Shown one piece after another: positions 20,036 to 30,600 of a DNA stretch of 64,000 nt. The stretch covers positions 256,001 through 320,000 of the forward strand of contig CAWDFP010000006.1 in NCBI GenBank assembly GCA_963801605.1, written 5' to 3'. The number at the start of each line of letters is the position of its first letter. The first letter of the stretch is position 1. The notes under the pieces were generated by a model. The model was not told the DNA's origin. It did no database searches and saw only the letters and a list, made by a program, of their open reading frames with translations. A program made the position numbers and the translations under genes. The stretch comes from an uncultured candidate division Zixibacteria bacterium (GTDB taxonomy: Bacteria > Zixibacteria > MSB-5A5 > UBA10806).

Positions 20036-22165
20036 TTATTTTACCAGAAGCATTCGCTTAGTCTGATCAAAATCTTTTGACTGCAGACGATAGAAGAATA
20101 CGCCCGTAGCCACACTTTCACCATTATCGGAACGTCCATTCCAGGTGACGCTATGATTTCCAGCCGACATATTTTCATTTAAGAGCGTAGTTACTTTTCG
20201 TCCCAGCACATCATAAATCGAGAGCTCGACCTGCCCGTTGTCAGGCAGATCAAAACTTATCATAGTGCTGGAGTTAAAGGGATTGGGATAATTCTGATTC
20301 AAAATATAATCGGTCGGCAACTGGCCTTTAATCTCTGAGGGAATAAAAGCCGAGGCACGATCGACGATCAGAAATTCGTTTAGTCTGATATCCCGCGGGC
20401 TGAAACTGTTGTTCTTGAGACGGAATCTGAAAGTCGCCAATTCACCGGTAGACGGTCCAAAAGTGGAGCCGCCGAGATCGTAGAAAACGCCTTTGGCTTT
20501 GCCATCACCAACACTGTGATCGAATCTGAGATTTTGAACCATTGATCCCGGTTCAACATCGAGAGGTTCCAGGGTCTCGGCGTTGTAGCTAAGATCATAT
20601 TGCAGCGCTGCGGCTTCGGTACCGACATCGGCCCACAAAGGTATGGTGATGATATCCCCCGAAATATCGGCGTCCTTTTTGAGTTCGACAAAGGCAAGTG
20701 GTGTCGGCGGGACTGGCCCTGGTGAAAGAGGTATTTGTAAAATTTGATCGATGACGTTTTGAAGATCGCTGACATTGACTCTGGTATCGCGGTTGATATC
20801 CGCGGCGTCAAATTGCCTGACATCGAGCGTTACGCGATCGATGATGAAAGCCACGATAGTAACACAGTCACCGACATTAACGTGCTCATCAAGATTGGCA
20901 TCACCGAAGCGATCCACAGTGAAATATCCGCTATTAGTTACCAGGCTCCGCGAGGTGCCAATGCTGTCGATAACTTCGATGGCCGAATCGAGAACTACCG
21001 GCGTACGCCCTACGAGCGCGGCAGTATTAACATTGGTTACAAATCGCATTATGGGCCCGGTGCCGCCAATGATTGGATCAAGGCCCGGAGAGAAAACGAG
21101 CACTACGATTCGACCGAGTACCGGTTCGCTATACCAGAATCCCAATCCGGCACAGCGATCGGTGGGAATAACATCGGCAACATCAATCTGGTTATGATCA
21201 TAAAAATAATTAAACTGCAAGCCGTAAACATTTCGGGAATTGAAAAGCTCGATATTAATATCCCGAGTTAAAGCCCCGGGAACACCTCCCTGGCCGCCAA
21301 CAACCGAAAGGAAATCGTTAGGTTGATCCAATACAATAATTGGAACCATCATCGGAGTGGTGTTATTGTGATCGTCGACTGCCGTAAAGGTAACAATAAA
21401 GGTATCTGGCCCCTGCTCAAAAGTCGGCGCAAATGTAAAGGTTCCCGATACAGTCGAATCGCCTTGTACGGTCGGGAAAGAGGCATTGGCTGGCAGGCTC
21501 GAAGCCGATAATGTTATTATATCGCCGTCGAGATCATAGGAAGTAACGGGAAATTGCAATATTTGGCCTTCCCTAACCTCCTGTGTACCTATGCTTCCTA
21601 TAACCGGCGGCTGGTTAGAAGTGCCTCCGGTGACAGTGATGGAACCGTCTACCAACCGCGGGTAAAAAATATCGCCGCTGCCGGTCGTATCCGCCCAGGC
21701 GTTTTCAAAATGATTAGTCGTCGGATCAGTTCCAAAACGTAAATATGTTCTATCTCCATACTGGGTTGATGGCCTGATTCTGAAAGTCATCCTGGCCACA
21801 ACTCCATGGCCATGATGGAGCACATGTCCCGGAATGTTGGGGCTCCAGGTGACTGCCGATATAACAAGCATGCTATCGATATATATTCTACCATCAATAG
21901 TCTCGAGGGTGTCGCCATTGCGCCCGATTCTCTGAATACCGATGTATTGAAGGGCGTTGGGATTTAAGAACACCACCGCACCGTAGCCCTGTAAAACGAT
22001 ATCCATGTTCGAAATATATAAGTCGACCTGGATCGTATCGCCTGGCCGGCCGTAGCTGTCCACAACTTTCATAGTGTCGTTTGGCAATTGTATCTGCGCC
22101 AGGGCGCTCGATGCCACCCCAAACAAAATTCCGATTATCATCACCGGTAATATCAGCCTTCTCAT
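20036..22165 (-). CDS. Scaffoldin-like protein: cohesin - Ig repeat - cohesin - dockerin - cohesin - CTD
   Basis: Signal peptide. Cohesin-like GRPGDTIQVDLYISN, VYGLQFNYFYD, AAALQYDLSYN. One cadherin-like repeat NQPPVIGSIG..DLDGD. Dockerin GDANLDEHVNVGD / ADINRDTRVNVSD. CTD QNYPNPFN..GVFFYRL..KRMLLVK. Confidence 0.8.
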   Translation of the reverse strand: MRRLILPVMIIGILFGVASSALAQIQLPNDTMKVVDSYGRPGDTIQVDLYISNMDIVLQGYGAVVFLNPNALQYIGIQRIGRNGDTLETIDGRIYIDSMLVISAVTWSPNIPGHVLHHGHGVVARMTFRIRPSTQYGDRTYLRFGTDPTTNHFENAWADTTGSGDIFYPRLVDGSITVTGGTSNQPPVIGSIGTQEVREGQILQFPVTSYDLDGDIITLSASSLPANASFPTVQGDSTVSGTFTFAPTFEQGPDTFIVTFTAVDDHNNTTPMMVPIIVLDQPNDFLSVVGGQGGVPGALTRDINIELFNSRNVYGLQFNYFYDHNQIDVADVIPTDRCAGLGFWYSEPVLGRIVVLVFSPGLDPIIGGTGPIMRFVTNVNTAALVGRTPVVLDSAIEVIDSIGTSRSLVTNSGYFTVDRFGDANLDEHVNVGDCVTIVAFIIDRVTLDVRQFDAADINRDTRVNVSDLQNVIDQILQIPLSPGPVPPTPLAFVELKKDADISGDIITIPLWADVGTEAAALQYDLSYNAETLEPLDVEPGSMVQNLRFDHSVGDGKAKGVFYDLGGSTFGPSTGELATFRFRLKNNSFSPRDIRLNEFLIVDRASAFIPSEIKGQLPTDYILNQNYPNPFNSSTMISFDLPDNGQVELSIYDVLGRKVTTLLNENMSAGNHSVTWNGRSDNGESVATGVFFYRLQSKDFDQTKRMLLVK

Positions 22166-22178
22166 AACTTTGGCCTCA

Positions 22179-23003
22179 TTACTTTAAAAGTGTCATTGTT
22201 TTTGTTAAATCCCCACTCTTCGAACTATGCAATCTATAGAAATAAACCCCCGAAGTAATATTCTGCCCGGCCGAACTACCATCCCAGTACACAACAATTT
22301 CGCCAGGGCCGGTCCAGCCCGAATATAGGACGCTCACGCTCCGTCCAAGCAGATCGTAAACGGTAAGATCAACCAAATCGGATTCCTTAAGCGTAAATGA
22401 AATCCTGGTCGTACCGTTAAACGGATTGGGATAGTTTTGCGCTAACGCGAATTGGCCAGGAACAATAGCATCTTCAGCGGCATCCGAGCCGGGTAATATT
22501 TGTATTTCCTGCCCAATTAAAACCGGCACAACCAGAGAGTCTCCGGTACAGTTTGAAAGAGAGTTTTGATGTGAGGTGGAATCGCTATCCTCGTATTGAA
22601 ATAGATAATAGCCGGGTTGAGCTCCATTTTGAATGACAAAGTCCAGAGTGGCAATTGCCCCGTTTCCGGGTACTATCGCGTTTTCGATCGGGCGCCAGGA
22701 CGTGCCAAATATTTCAGCTACACCATCCTCATCAAAATTCGCACCGAACAAATCGAATCCGTGTGAGCGTATCGTGAGATGCATGTCAAGCGGCCTGAAG
22801 GACCATTCATCGAAAGTAATGCGCGCCTGAAATCCACCGACCGCAAATGAATTGACGAGAAGCACGGGAACAGTAACTGTATCGCCCGGACTGCCAACTA
22901 ATGATGCGATGCTGAGCGTATCCAAGGTGGAATAGACTTGCGCCCAACAGCCGACTGAGATCGCTAATACGCACAAAATTACAACGACCTGCAATCTTAT
23001 CAA
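22179..23003 (-). CDS. Single cohesin + CTD protein (mini anchoring scaffoldin)
   Basis: Signal peptide. GSPGDTVTVPVLLVNSFAVGGFQARITFD...GNGAIATLDFVI is cohesin-like. CTD QNYPNPFN..GVYFYRL..KTMTLLK. Confidence 0.82.
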   Translation of the reverse strand: MIRLQVVVILCVLAISVGCWAQVYSTLDTLSIASLVGSPGDTVTVPVLLVNSFAVGGFQARITFDEWSFRPLDMHLTIRSHGFDLFGANFDEDGVAEIFGTSWRPIENAIVPGNGAIATLDFVIQNGAQPGYYLFQYEDSDSTSHQNSLSNCTGDSLVVPVLIGQEIQILPGSDAAEDAIVPGQFALAQNYPNPFNGTTRISFTLKESDLVDLTVYDLLGRSVSVLYSGWTGPGEIVVYWDGSSAGQNITSGVYFYRLHSSKSGDLTKTMTLLK

Positions 23004-23498
23004 CCTTTTTCCTCCCTTAATCGTCCGCTACCTGCCATCAGTCCCTAAATAGGCCTTTGTTATTGCTGCTTAAGTATTTATCGGCATTGACGATGGCGGT
23101 GTTTAGAAGCCGCCAAAGTTTAGGCTCAGGTGCAGAGTTGCTAATATTAGTTAGGATTGTGACGATTCGATTCAATTAGCTTTCCTAATAATTAATTACG
23201 AAATTCCAAAATTCCAGCGGATTGCTTCAATATAATGTGCAAAAGCCGTGCCCCAGGCTGTAAGTTTTTAGATGATAGCAGATTAAGTTGATTCAAAGCC
23301 TTATGGCCCTTCAATGTTTCGGGAAAATAGGCGCTTGTTATTATTAAAAAAAAGAGGACGAGATTTACATAAAAAACTGATATTATAAAAAAAATACAAC
23401 TACTCACTTACTACTCCTGCGTTAATTAACTAATTTTTTGCATACTTTCTCTATATCGACCCCCTCTCCTTTTTCCAACCTTGTTTCATCTTTATGCA

Positions 23499-23531
23499 GG
23501 ATAAGAGAGGGAGATAATCCCTCTCTTATCC
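23499..23531 (-). terminator. Perfect 14-bp stem-loop 3' of the 23560 gene
   Basis: ggataagagaggga-gataa-tccctctcttatcc, with no poly-U tail on the minus strand. Confidence 0.6.
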
Positions 23532-23559
23532 AATACTACCTTTGAATAGAACCGCTGAA

Positions 23560-25799
23560 TTACTTCAGTAAGGTCATCTTCATGGTCTGGCTGTTGGAGC
23601 CAGCGGAGACCTTGGCAAAGTAAACGCCGGAAGCCACTTGGGAAGCATCCCAGGTGATCGACTGCGGGCCAACACCAAAGTGACCGTTCAAGGTCTCTAC
23701 CAACTGGCCGGTGATCGAGTAGATAGCTACTGTCACATCGGATTCGGTCGGCAGGGAGAACTTAATCAGTGTCTTGGCATTGAACGGATTCGGATAGTTC
23801 TGGCTGACTGCGAATTCGCTCGGTACGGGAGCGCCGACACGGCTCTCAAGCAAACGACCATAAGAATCGGCTGCGGAGGCTTCGGAAACGGTACCGGTAC
23901 CGGTCACTGTGAACAGAGTCTGTTCGCCAGCGGCAATTCTCTTGCCGGCCATGGAGTAAACCACAACAGAGAGCACGCCATTGGCGTCATTGGAGAGAAG
24001 CTCCATACCATTGGCTGCGACTGGGGTTCCGATTGTGCCATTGTGGGCAATGCGCACGAGGGCGCCACCAACCTCGACACCGGAATTGATGCTGACTACG
24101 CCATTAACCATATTGATGGAGGCGGAACCAACAGCAGGATCCAACTTCGGGGTGATGAAACCGTTAAGAATATTGATGAAGCGGACGAGATCAGCGATAT
24201 CGGCATGACCGTTACCGTTGAGGTCAGCGCCGGCCTCTTGGAGAGCGTCGTTACCAACATAGTGGGTATCGAACAAGCAGTGCGGGGACTGTCCGAAACC
24301 ATCGTCCTCTAACCACACAGCGGTACCTTCGATCAGCCTGCGAGCAACGAGAACGGCATCAGCTACTTCGTAGAAATAGCAGTTGAGGTTCGGGTCGCCT
24401 TTGAAGCTCTCGGGGTTAACAGTGGTCACGCAACCAGCGGTTAAGCCGGGATGAATGAACCAGTTACCAGTCTCATCAGAGACGGTATTGGAGGTGTAGT
24501 CACCAGGGCCTTCGGTAATGAAATCAATCGGGATTTCCATACCCCAGGGAAGGCCGGGGGCGACTGCATAGTGCAGTACGAGAACGCGGGAGTCAGCGAG
24601 ACCCCAGTACATCGGAGGACCATCTACGCCGTCATTGACGTCGGCGATCCAGACGAATCTGTCGGAACCAGCACCTACGGGATCCTGGATCCAGTTATGA
24701 TATTCGCTGCCATTATTGATGGCGGGCATCCAATCGACACCAACGAGATTAAGAGCGGTATTGTCGGTGTTGATGAGGATCTCAAAACCACCGATGCAGA
24801 TGTCGGTGTTGAGGGTGATAGCAACGTCAGTGATTGAGCCGGGGATACCAGCTGCGCAATGAGGCATAGAAAGGGCGGTAACTGCATGTTCGGCATCACC
24901 GCAGGTAACTGTAACTGTAACATTCAATGCCACGTGGTCAGTACCATCGAACAGATCGAATGCAACGACTTCGCCGTCTGTGAAGTTGGCGCAATAGCTG
25001 CCGGAAATTGTTCCGCCGGTACCAGTAGCGATAACGCCACCGGGGCCAGTGATGGTCAGAGTGTTCTCGGTATCGGTGTCATGACCGGCCAGAGGAATGC
25101 AACCGTACGGAGGCAGGGTGATGGTGGTCGGGCTATCCCAAACCGGGGCGGCGTTGGGAGAGAAGAACAGACCGGAGTACACTTGAGTCGGTACCACGTT
25201 GCGAACGCCATCCTGCATGCCCCAAAGGAGGCCTGCATTGGCTGGGTTGTGACCCTGGGAGAACGGATTGACTGTTGTGCCAATCAGGGCAGGGTTATTG
25301 ATGGTGTGCATATCTGAAGGTGGCGAGTAACTGCCAGGCACCAAGCGTGTAGATGAAATTCTGGCTCGTCACGAGGATCGGTCAGATATGCAAAACCCAG
25401 GAACGACTGGCTGGTGAAGCCAACAGGATATCGCCTATGACAAGAGCCGGAGGGGTATGGGGTGGGCTTGTAGACGTTATTGAGCACGGGGGTGAGGAAG
25501 GACCTATCATCCCAGAGGCCTACGCCAAAGGCGGGGAAGATGCCACCAGTGCGGGCTGAGATGATAAGATCGTCACTCATTAATGGTACATGCACGAAGT
25601 TGACTGAATCCGGATTTCCGGGTGTAGGATCAGTGGCGCCCCAAACCGGGATTTGGATATCTTTATCGATACCAACAGTCACCGGTGAACCATCAACGTT
25701 TCCAAAAGCGATGTGGAAGTTGGCGGGATCCGGCATTTGGGCCAGCGCCATGCTGAAAGGAAGGCATGCTGCCAATGCGAACAGCAACAATTTCTTCAT
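23560..25799 (-). CDS. Scaffoldin-like secreted protein (two cohesin-like domains, dockerin, CTD), split by two +1 frameshifts at ~25363 and ~25312
   Basis: ORF 25284..25799 carries the signal peptide MKKLLLFALAACLPFSMALA. An intermediate frame reads QNFIYTLGAWQLLATF, then ORF 23560..25344 continues MHTINNPALIG. Cohesin ICIGGFEILINTD. Dockerin GDPNLNCYFYEVADAV / ADLNGNGHADIADLV. CTD QNYPNPFN..KMTLLK. Confidence 0.8.
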
Positions 25800-25983
25800 A
25801 ATTTACTCCTTAAACATTGCATGGGCGTTAAACTATTGACATTCTTAAGATTGCAATTTGCGGAAATCCCTTTCCACGGCAATCAAATACAACCCCTCTT
25901 TGAAGCTGTTTCTTCTCTCTGGTTGTCTCACCTCCTTCAAGGAAATCAGGTATTGTCAAAACTATCGTAAAAAATACAAAAAT

Positions 25984-26752
25984 CTATTGACAGGGATCCG
26001 GCGGCGGATTAAAGCCCTTAAAATAGCCAACCAGATAGGTTACATCGATTCCATTGACCGAGTCTGAATGATTGGCATCGCCCGAGCAGAGGCAGCAGAA
26101 TCCCGGACCCAGTCCCTTTAGATAAGCCACAAGATAAGGTGACATCGAGGCCGTTGAGCTGCCCGCTGCAATTGACATCGCCTCGCGGATTGTTGCCGCA
26201 GCGGCCAGCCAAAACATAAACATAGTCTGTGTTTAGAGTTACGGAATCATAAAGAATGTTGCCGCTGGGATCCGAAACGTTGCCCCTGGTGAAAGCCAAA
26301 GCCTGGCTGCTGTCGCAGATAAGGTTATTATAATAATTCATGTGGATCGTAAATATAAGTCCATTGCCGGGAGGCAAAAATACTGAATGAGTGTCAGGCG
26401 GCATGACGGCTATACCAGTAACGATGATTTGAGAATCGGCGCCGGCGTGAACATTGGCACTGAACATTCTCCAGTTGCTGATCCGGCTGCCAGTAGTATC
26501 AGCGGCCTGAGGGTCACCGGGCTGAAACGTTAGCCAGGCTCGTTGAGTGGTAATGATACGAAATTCGAACCCTCCAACCGCACAACTGTTGTTCATGTAA
26601 ACAGGAATACTTATTCTTTGCAGCGAGCACGGCTCAACAGTAGCGCTGCCCAACGTAACAGTGATAGGACAATCGGCAAAGGCATACTGTGCCGCAACGA
26701 TTACCAATACAAATACAACCAGTGTTAGTTTCTTGAGATTTAGGTCAGCCAC
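25984..26752 (-). CDS. Cohesin-dockerin adaptor protein, +1 frameshift at ~26137
   Basis: GTG start 26752 after GGAGG, followed by a signal peptide. Cohesin IPVYMNNSCAVGGFEFRI..PGNGLIFTIHM. Dockerin GDVNCSGQLNGLDVT|YLVAYLKG..GDANHSDSVNGIDVTYLVGYFKG is restored by removing one base. Confidence 0.82.
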
Positions 26753-27183
26753 ATGGCCCTCCGGTTTGAGTGTCTTCAATAGTTACTTCGCCATCCCCGC
26801 GTTGTAGCTTTGTAGCACTAAAACTCCTCCTAATCATTTGAGCCAATTGATGCAAATAGTTTGCCTTACACATTATTTTCGCAATGAAGATAAAGACTAT
26901 GCTTGAAAAAGGTATTAAGTTTTTTCTCGTCAGAGTGGCTAACCACAAGCTCCCCATGCTTTTCTGAAGTTATCAGGGCAGCAGCAAAACGATATCCCAA
27001 CTTTTCGATTTTGCCAGAACAAAGAGACCCGGATCAGGATCAACATAGCCGCTTTAGCTACTTTATGTTGCAAACCTGATGCAAGGGATTTTCATCATTT
27101 AAGGGTCTGTCTCCAAAAAAAGTTGCCTTCTTGTAAGAAGCACACATTTTACGAAGTTCAGCGGAGCTACTTTAGGCAACAGG

Positions 27184-27211
27184 AATATACCCGCATTCAT
27201 CCACATGTCAA
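27184..27211 (-). promoter_or_regulatory. Sigma70-type promoter heading the cohesin/dockerin cluster
   Basis: TTGACA-N16-TATATT, ~430 nt upstream of the 26752 start. Confidence 0.55.
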
Positions 27212-27403
27212 GAACTTTTTTTCGCCAAAATTATAAAATTTAATGCCAAACCCTCAAATTGAAGTTTTAGCTTGACAGGCGGGGTATTATTGTTTTCTTT
27301 TTGAACAGTAGTTTTGTGGGTATTTTACTTTTATAAATTATACAACTAAAAGGGGCTTCATTAATATCTCAAACTTTCAGACGCCTCGGAAGGAGGTGAC
27401 GCA

Positions 27404-27469
27404 ATGTTCGAGATCGAAGAACTGGAGGAAAGGATCGCCCCAGCTGGTTATATAGGAGCTGGTTCCTGA
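27404..27469 (+). CDS. 21-aa peptide MFEIEELEERIAPAGYIGAGS (leader-like ExLEERIAP motif + short core)
   Basis: Strong RBS GGAAGGAGGTGA ending 4 nt before the ATG. Clean ORF, followed by an intrinsic terminator. Below the length cut-off of the ORF track. Confidence 0.8.
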   Translation: MFEIEELEERIAPAGYIGAGS

Positions 27470-27495
27470 GCCGCCGCCTCTTAACCAAACTGATC

Positions 27496-27525
27496 GGCCC
27501 CGCCCTACGCGGGGCCTTTTATTTT
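27496..27525 (+). terminator. Rho-independent terminator of the peptide gene
   Basis: ggccccgc-cctac-gcggggcc followed by ttttatttt. Confidence 0.85.
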
Positions 27526-27626
27526 GGGGCGATCCATCCTCAGATATTTATTATTATTGCCATTCGGACGATTTTGTAGATCGCCAGGCAATCAGCATTT
27601 GTCTTTCAAAGAACAAAACATTCATT

Positions 27627-30600
27627 CTATATACTAAGGCACTCTTCCGTTTGATTCCGTAAGGCTTCCAGTCTGCTTATTGCCGGCAACCGAGAAAAGG
27701 CCTGTCGAGAAACTTCATCAGGAAGAGATCCTACAATTCTATCGGCGTAACTGAACGCTCTCCGCAGTGTTTCCTGTCCCCTTGATGATTTTCCGCACTC
27801 AAAGAAGATTTCCGCCAAACCAATAGCCCCATCGAGCGCATCCGGCAAAAAACCGTCACCTGCGGCCTGAATTTCGGCTTCGGAAAATAATTTTATCGCC
27901 TGATCGTAATTCTTTTGAATCGATTTTAAGTTCCCCAAAAGTAGGCGGGCTTCAAGCGCGACCTTTCGGCTTTGACCCGGCCGGGAATAGATATCGTCAA
28001 TCAAAGGCTCGGCGCTTAAAGGATTTCCTTGTGCAAGATAAGCTTTGGCGGAGGCCAAATTGGCCGATTCTGCAATGTCGTTATGTCCCAGATTGAGTGC
28101 CTTGGGGGCTAATTCTCTCAAATCGGACAGAGGATTTACACAGTCATCAATTGATAAAGCCAGCAAGAACGACAGGTTAGCTTCAGATTCCAGGCGCTGG
28201 TTGCCAACCGATTTTGCATAATCCGCAATTGATTCTGCCAGATTTCGCGCCGATTGGGTGTCGCCGACGACACGATACCACCATGAACGCAGGAGATCAA
28301 CTTGCTTGGCGAAAAGCTTGTTTTCGGCGTAAATGCGGTCGCCTTCAAGAGATTTTAAGACCTTATCCGCCAGCGAAAAATTACCCATCAGGATTCCGAC
28401 CTCTGATAAGAAAAGCTGAGCTTCGGAAGCCTGGTGTTTATTATTGATGGTTTCGGCCATTTGTATGGCTTGTTGGCAGTAATCGATAGCGCTAAAAAGA
28501 GCTCCAGCCCTGAGGTTACATAGTCCAAGATTCGATAAGGTGTTGATTACATTCTCGGTGTAGCCAATTTTGCTTGATATTTCCAAAGCTTGTGAAAGAT
28601 AAATTTGGGCTTTATCGAGTTCGTTTTGATTAATATAAAAATAGCCTAAGTTGTTGGCAGTAAGGGCTTCCAGCCAATAATCCCCGGCGCGTTGAGCGAA
28701 GATTAGGGCTTTTTCAAAGTGGCCGGCTACCTCGGAGGTTCTGCCCATGATATCTTTAACAATTCCCATATTCGATTGAATCTTGACCTGCTCCTGGAAA
28801 TTTCCCAAACTTTGATTTAGCTCAAATGCCGAGCTAAAAGAATCCAGAGCTTTCTCATACTCTTCCTTGACCCAGCAAATAAGTCCGATATTGTTATGAC
28901 AATTTGCCATTCCTTGCCGATTGTTGAGCTTGTTGAAAAGAATCAGGGCTTTTTGAGTATAATAAAGAGCTCTACCCGGCTTTTTGATAGAGCGGTTGAG
29001 GTCTCCCAGATCCTTGAAGGTTTCCGCCCGCAATTCCGCATTCTGGTTTTTATCGAGATTCAGCAACAATTCCAGGTATCTTTTTCTAGCATTGATATAG
29101 TCGCCAGCTTGCTTGGCGATGTCCCCAGCGAGCATCAGGGCGTCCGATAATGGACCTCCGCCATTCCGGGCGATTGTTAAAAGAGTCTCGGAGTACAGAT
29201 TTGCCTTGGCGAAATCGCTTTTTTTAAATAGCTCTCTGGCAGCCTCGATGTTGGCTTGATATCCTTTTTGAGGATTGTCAGATCGTCCCCAATGAAGGGC
29301 CAGAAGCTCAAGACGGCCATCGTCCTCAGCGATATAATTTTCGACTGCCTCGGCCCAGAAACGATGATTGCATTGCCGTTTCTTTTCCGGAGTTTTCCTA
29401 TAGATAATCTGCCGGAAATCATCGGATGGAAAAGCTATTGAATCCTTACCTCTATATAGATGAGCGCTGGCAAGAAAATAATCTATCAGTTTCCTTTGAG
29501 AATCTGAAAACTCCGCCAATAAAATTAAGGGGATATCACCGTCCCAGGCAGCCAGAGTGGAATATATTTCAGTTTGATCCTCATTTAATACACAAATACA
29601 TCGTTCGAGAATGGCCTCAATTTCCGGCGTTATCTCTACAGATATATTCGTTGTTCTCTCAGTCGATGCCAGGTCGAGCAGTCCTGTTTCGATAGAAGAT
29701 AAAATATGCATCCTGACAAGCTCAGGATTACCTCCGGTGGCCAAACTTAGGGCTTCCATGTTTGATACAGACTGATTCTTTTTAAGGAAAGCAATAAGGG
29801 TGTCGGCTGTAGCATTTTGAGCAGTCCGATCCCTGAGGGGATTGCCTGGCTGGCGAGGTAATTCGCAAGGCTTCCAGCAATCACCATAAAATATAATAGG
29901 GTACTGCCTGGGGTGACGCAATAGAGCGCGTAAACCAGCAAGTGAATCCGGTTGTAGCGAAGAGTAATTATCTATTAACAGAATGGTTTTCTGGCATATA
30001 GAGGCTTCCGTTTGATTTAATAGATAATCAAAAGCGGAAGAAACCCACGCCGGATGGTAATCATACTTGATTCTCTCGATATGATAACCTCTCAAACCAA
30101 ACTCGGCGGTGAGATAGTCAAATTCGCCGGTTCCCCAGCCAGAACCTGATATAGAGAGAGCCTTTTCGGATTTGCCTGCGAGGTATTCCGTTACTGTCTT
30201 CTTTAGCTCCTCGAAAAATGGTGGGTTGCCAGCTGACAGATAATAATTGGCACGGGAATTCGTTAGTTCGGTAAAACGTTGTTCCAAACCAAAAGCGGCC
30301 GCCGCGGCAAGTCCATTTTGAGGTCGTCCCTTGGCATCTCTCATGAGGAGAGCAGCCAGGCCGTCTCTAAAGCGCAATGGAATTGGAGAAAGATCGAGCG
30401 GCCCGTTTTCGGTAATTTGCCTGATTAGCTCGGCGCTATCATCTGATGAATACGGCGGCGCTCCCGCAAAAAGCTCATAGAGGGTTGCCCCTATTGAATA
30501 AAAGTCTGATGCAAATGCAGGAGTTTCGCCGAGAAGTACCTCGGGTGCGGCATATTCGATCGTGCCCCGCCGGGCCAGGTGTTCACCAAGCTGCGATACC

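Noticed and set aside
23192..23407. 71-aa hydrophobic ORF in the AT-rich gap
   Set aside because: Low-complexity AT-rich promoter region. The hydrophobicity follows from T-richness, and there is no other support.
26780..26870. Possible c-di-GMP-I (GEMM) riboswitch (AGGCAAACTA...TAGTG..CAAAGCTAC on the minus strand)
   Set aside because: Lacks the GAAA tetraloop, the GACGCAAAGC core and the P2 consensus. Resemblance is only partial and needs an Infernal scan.
27021..27115. 6S RNA
   Set aside because: The hairpin is only ~90 nt with an asymmetric bulge, too short for the 6S architecture.
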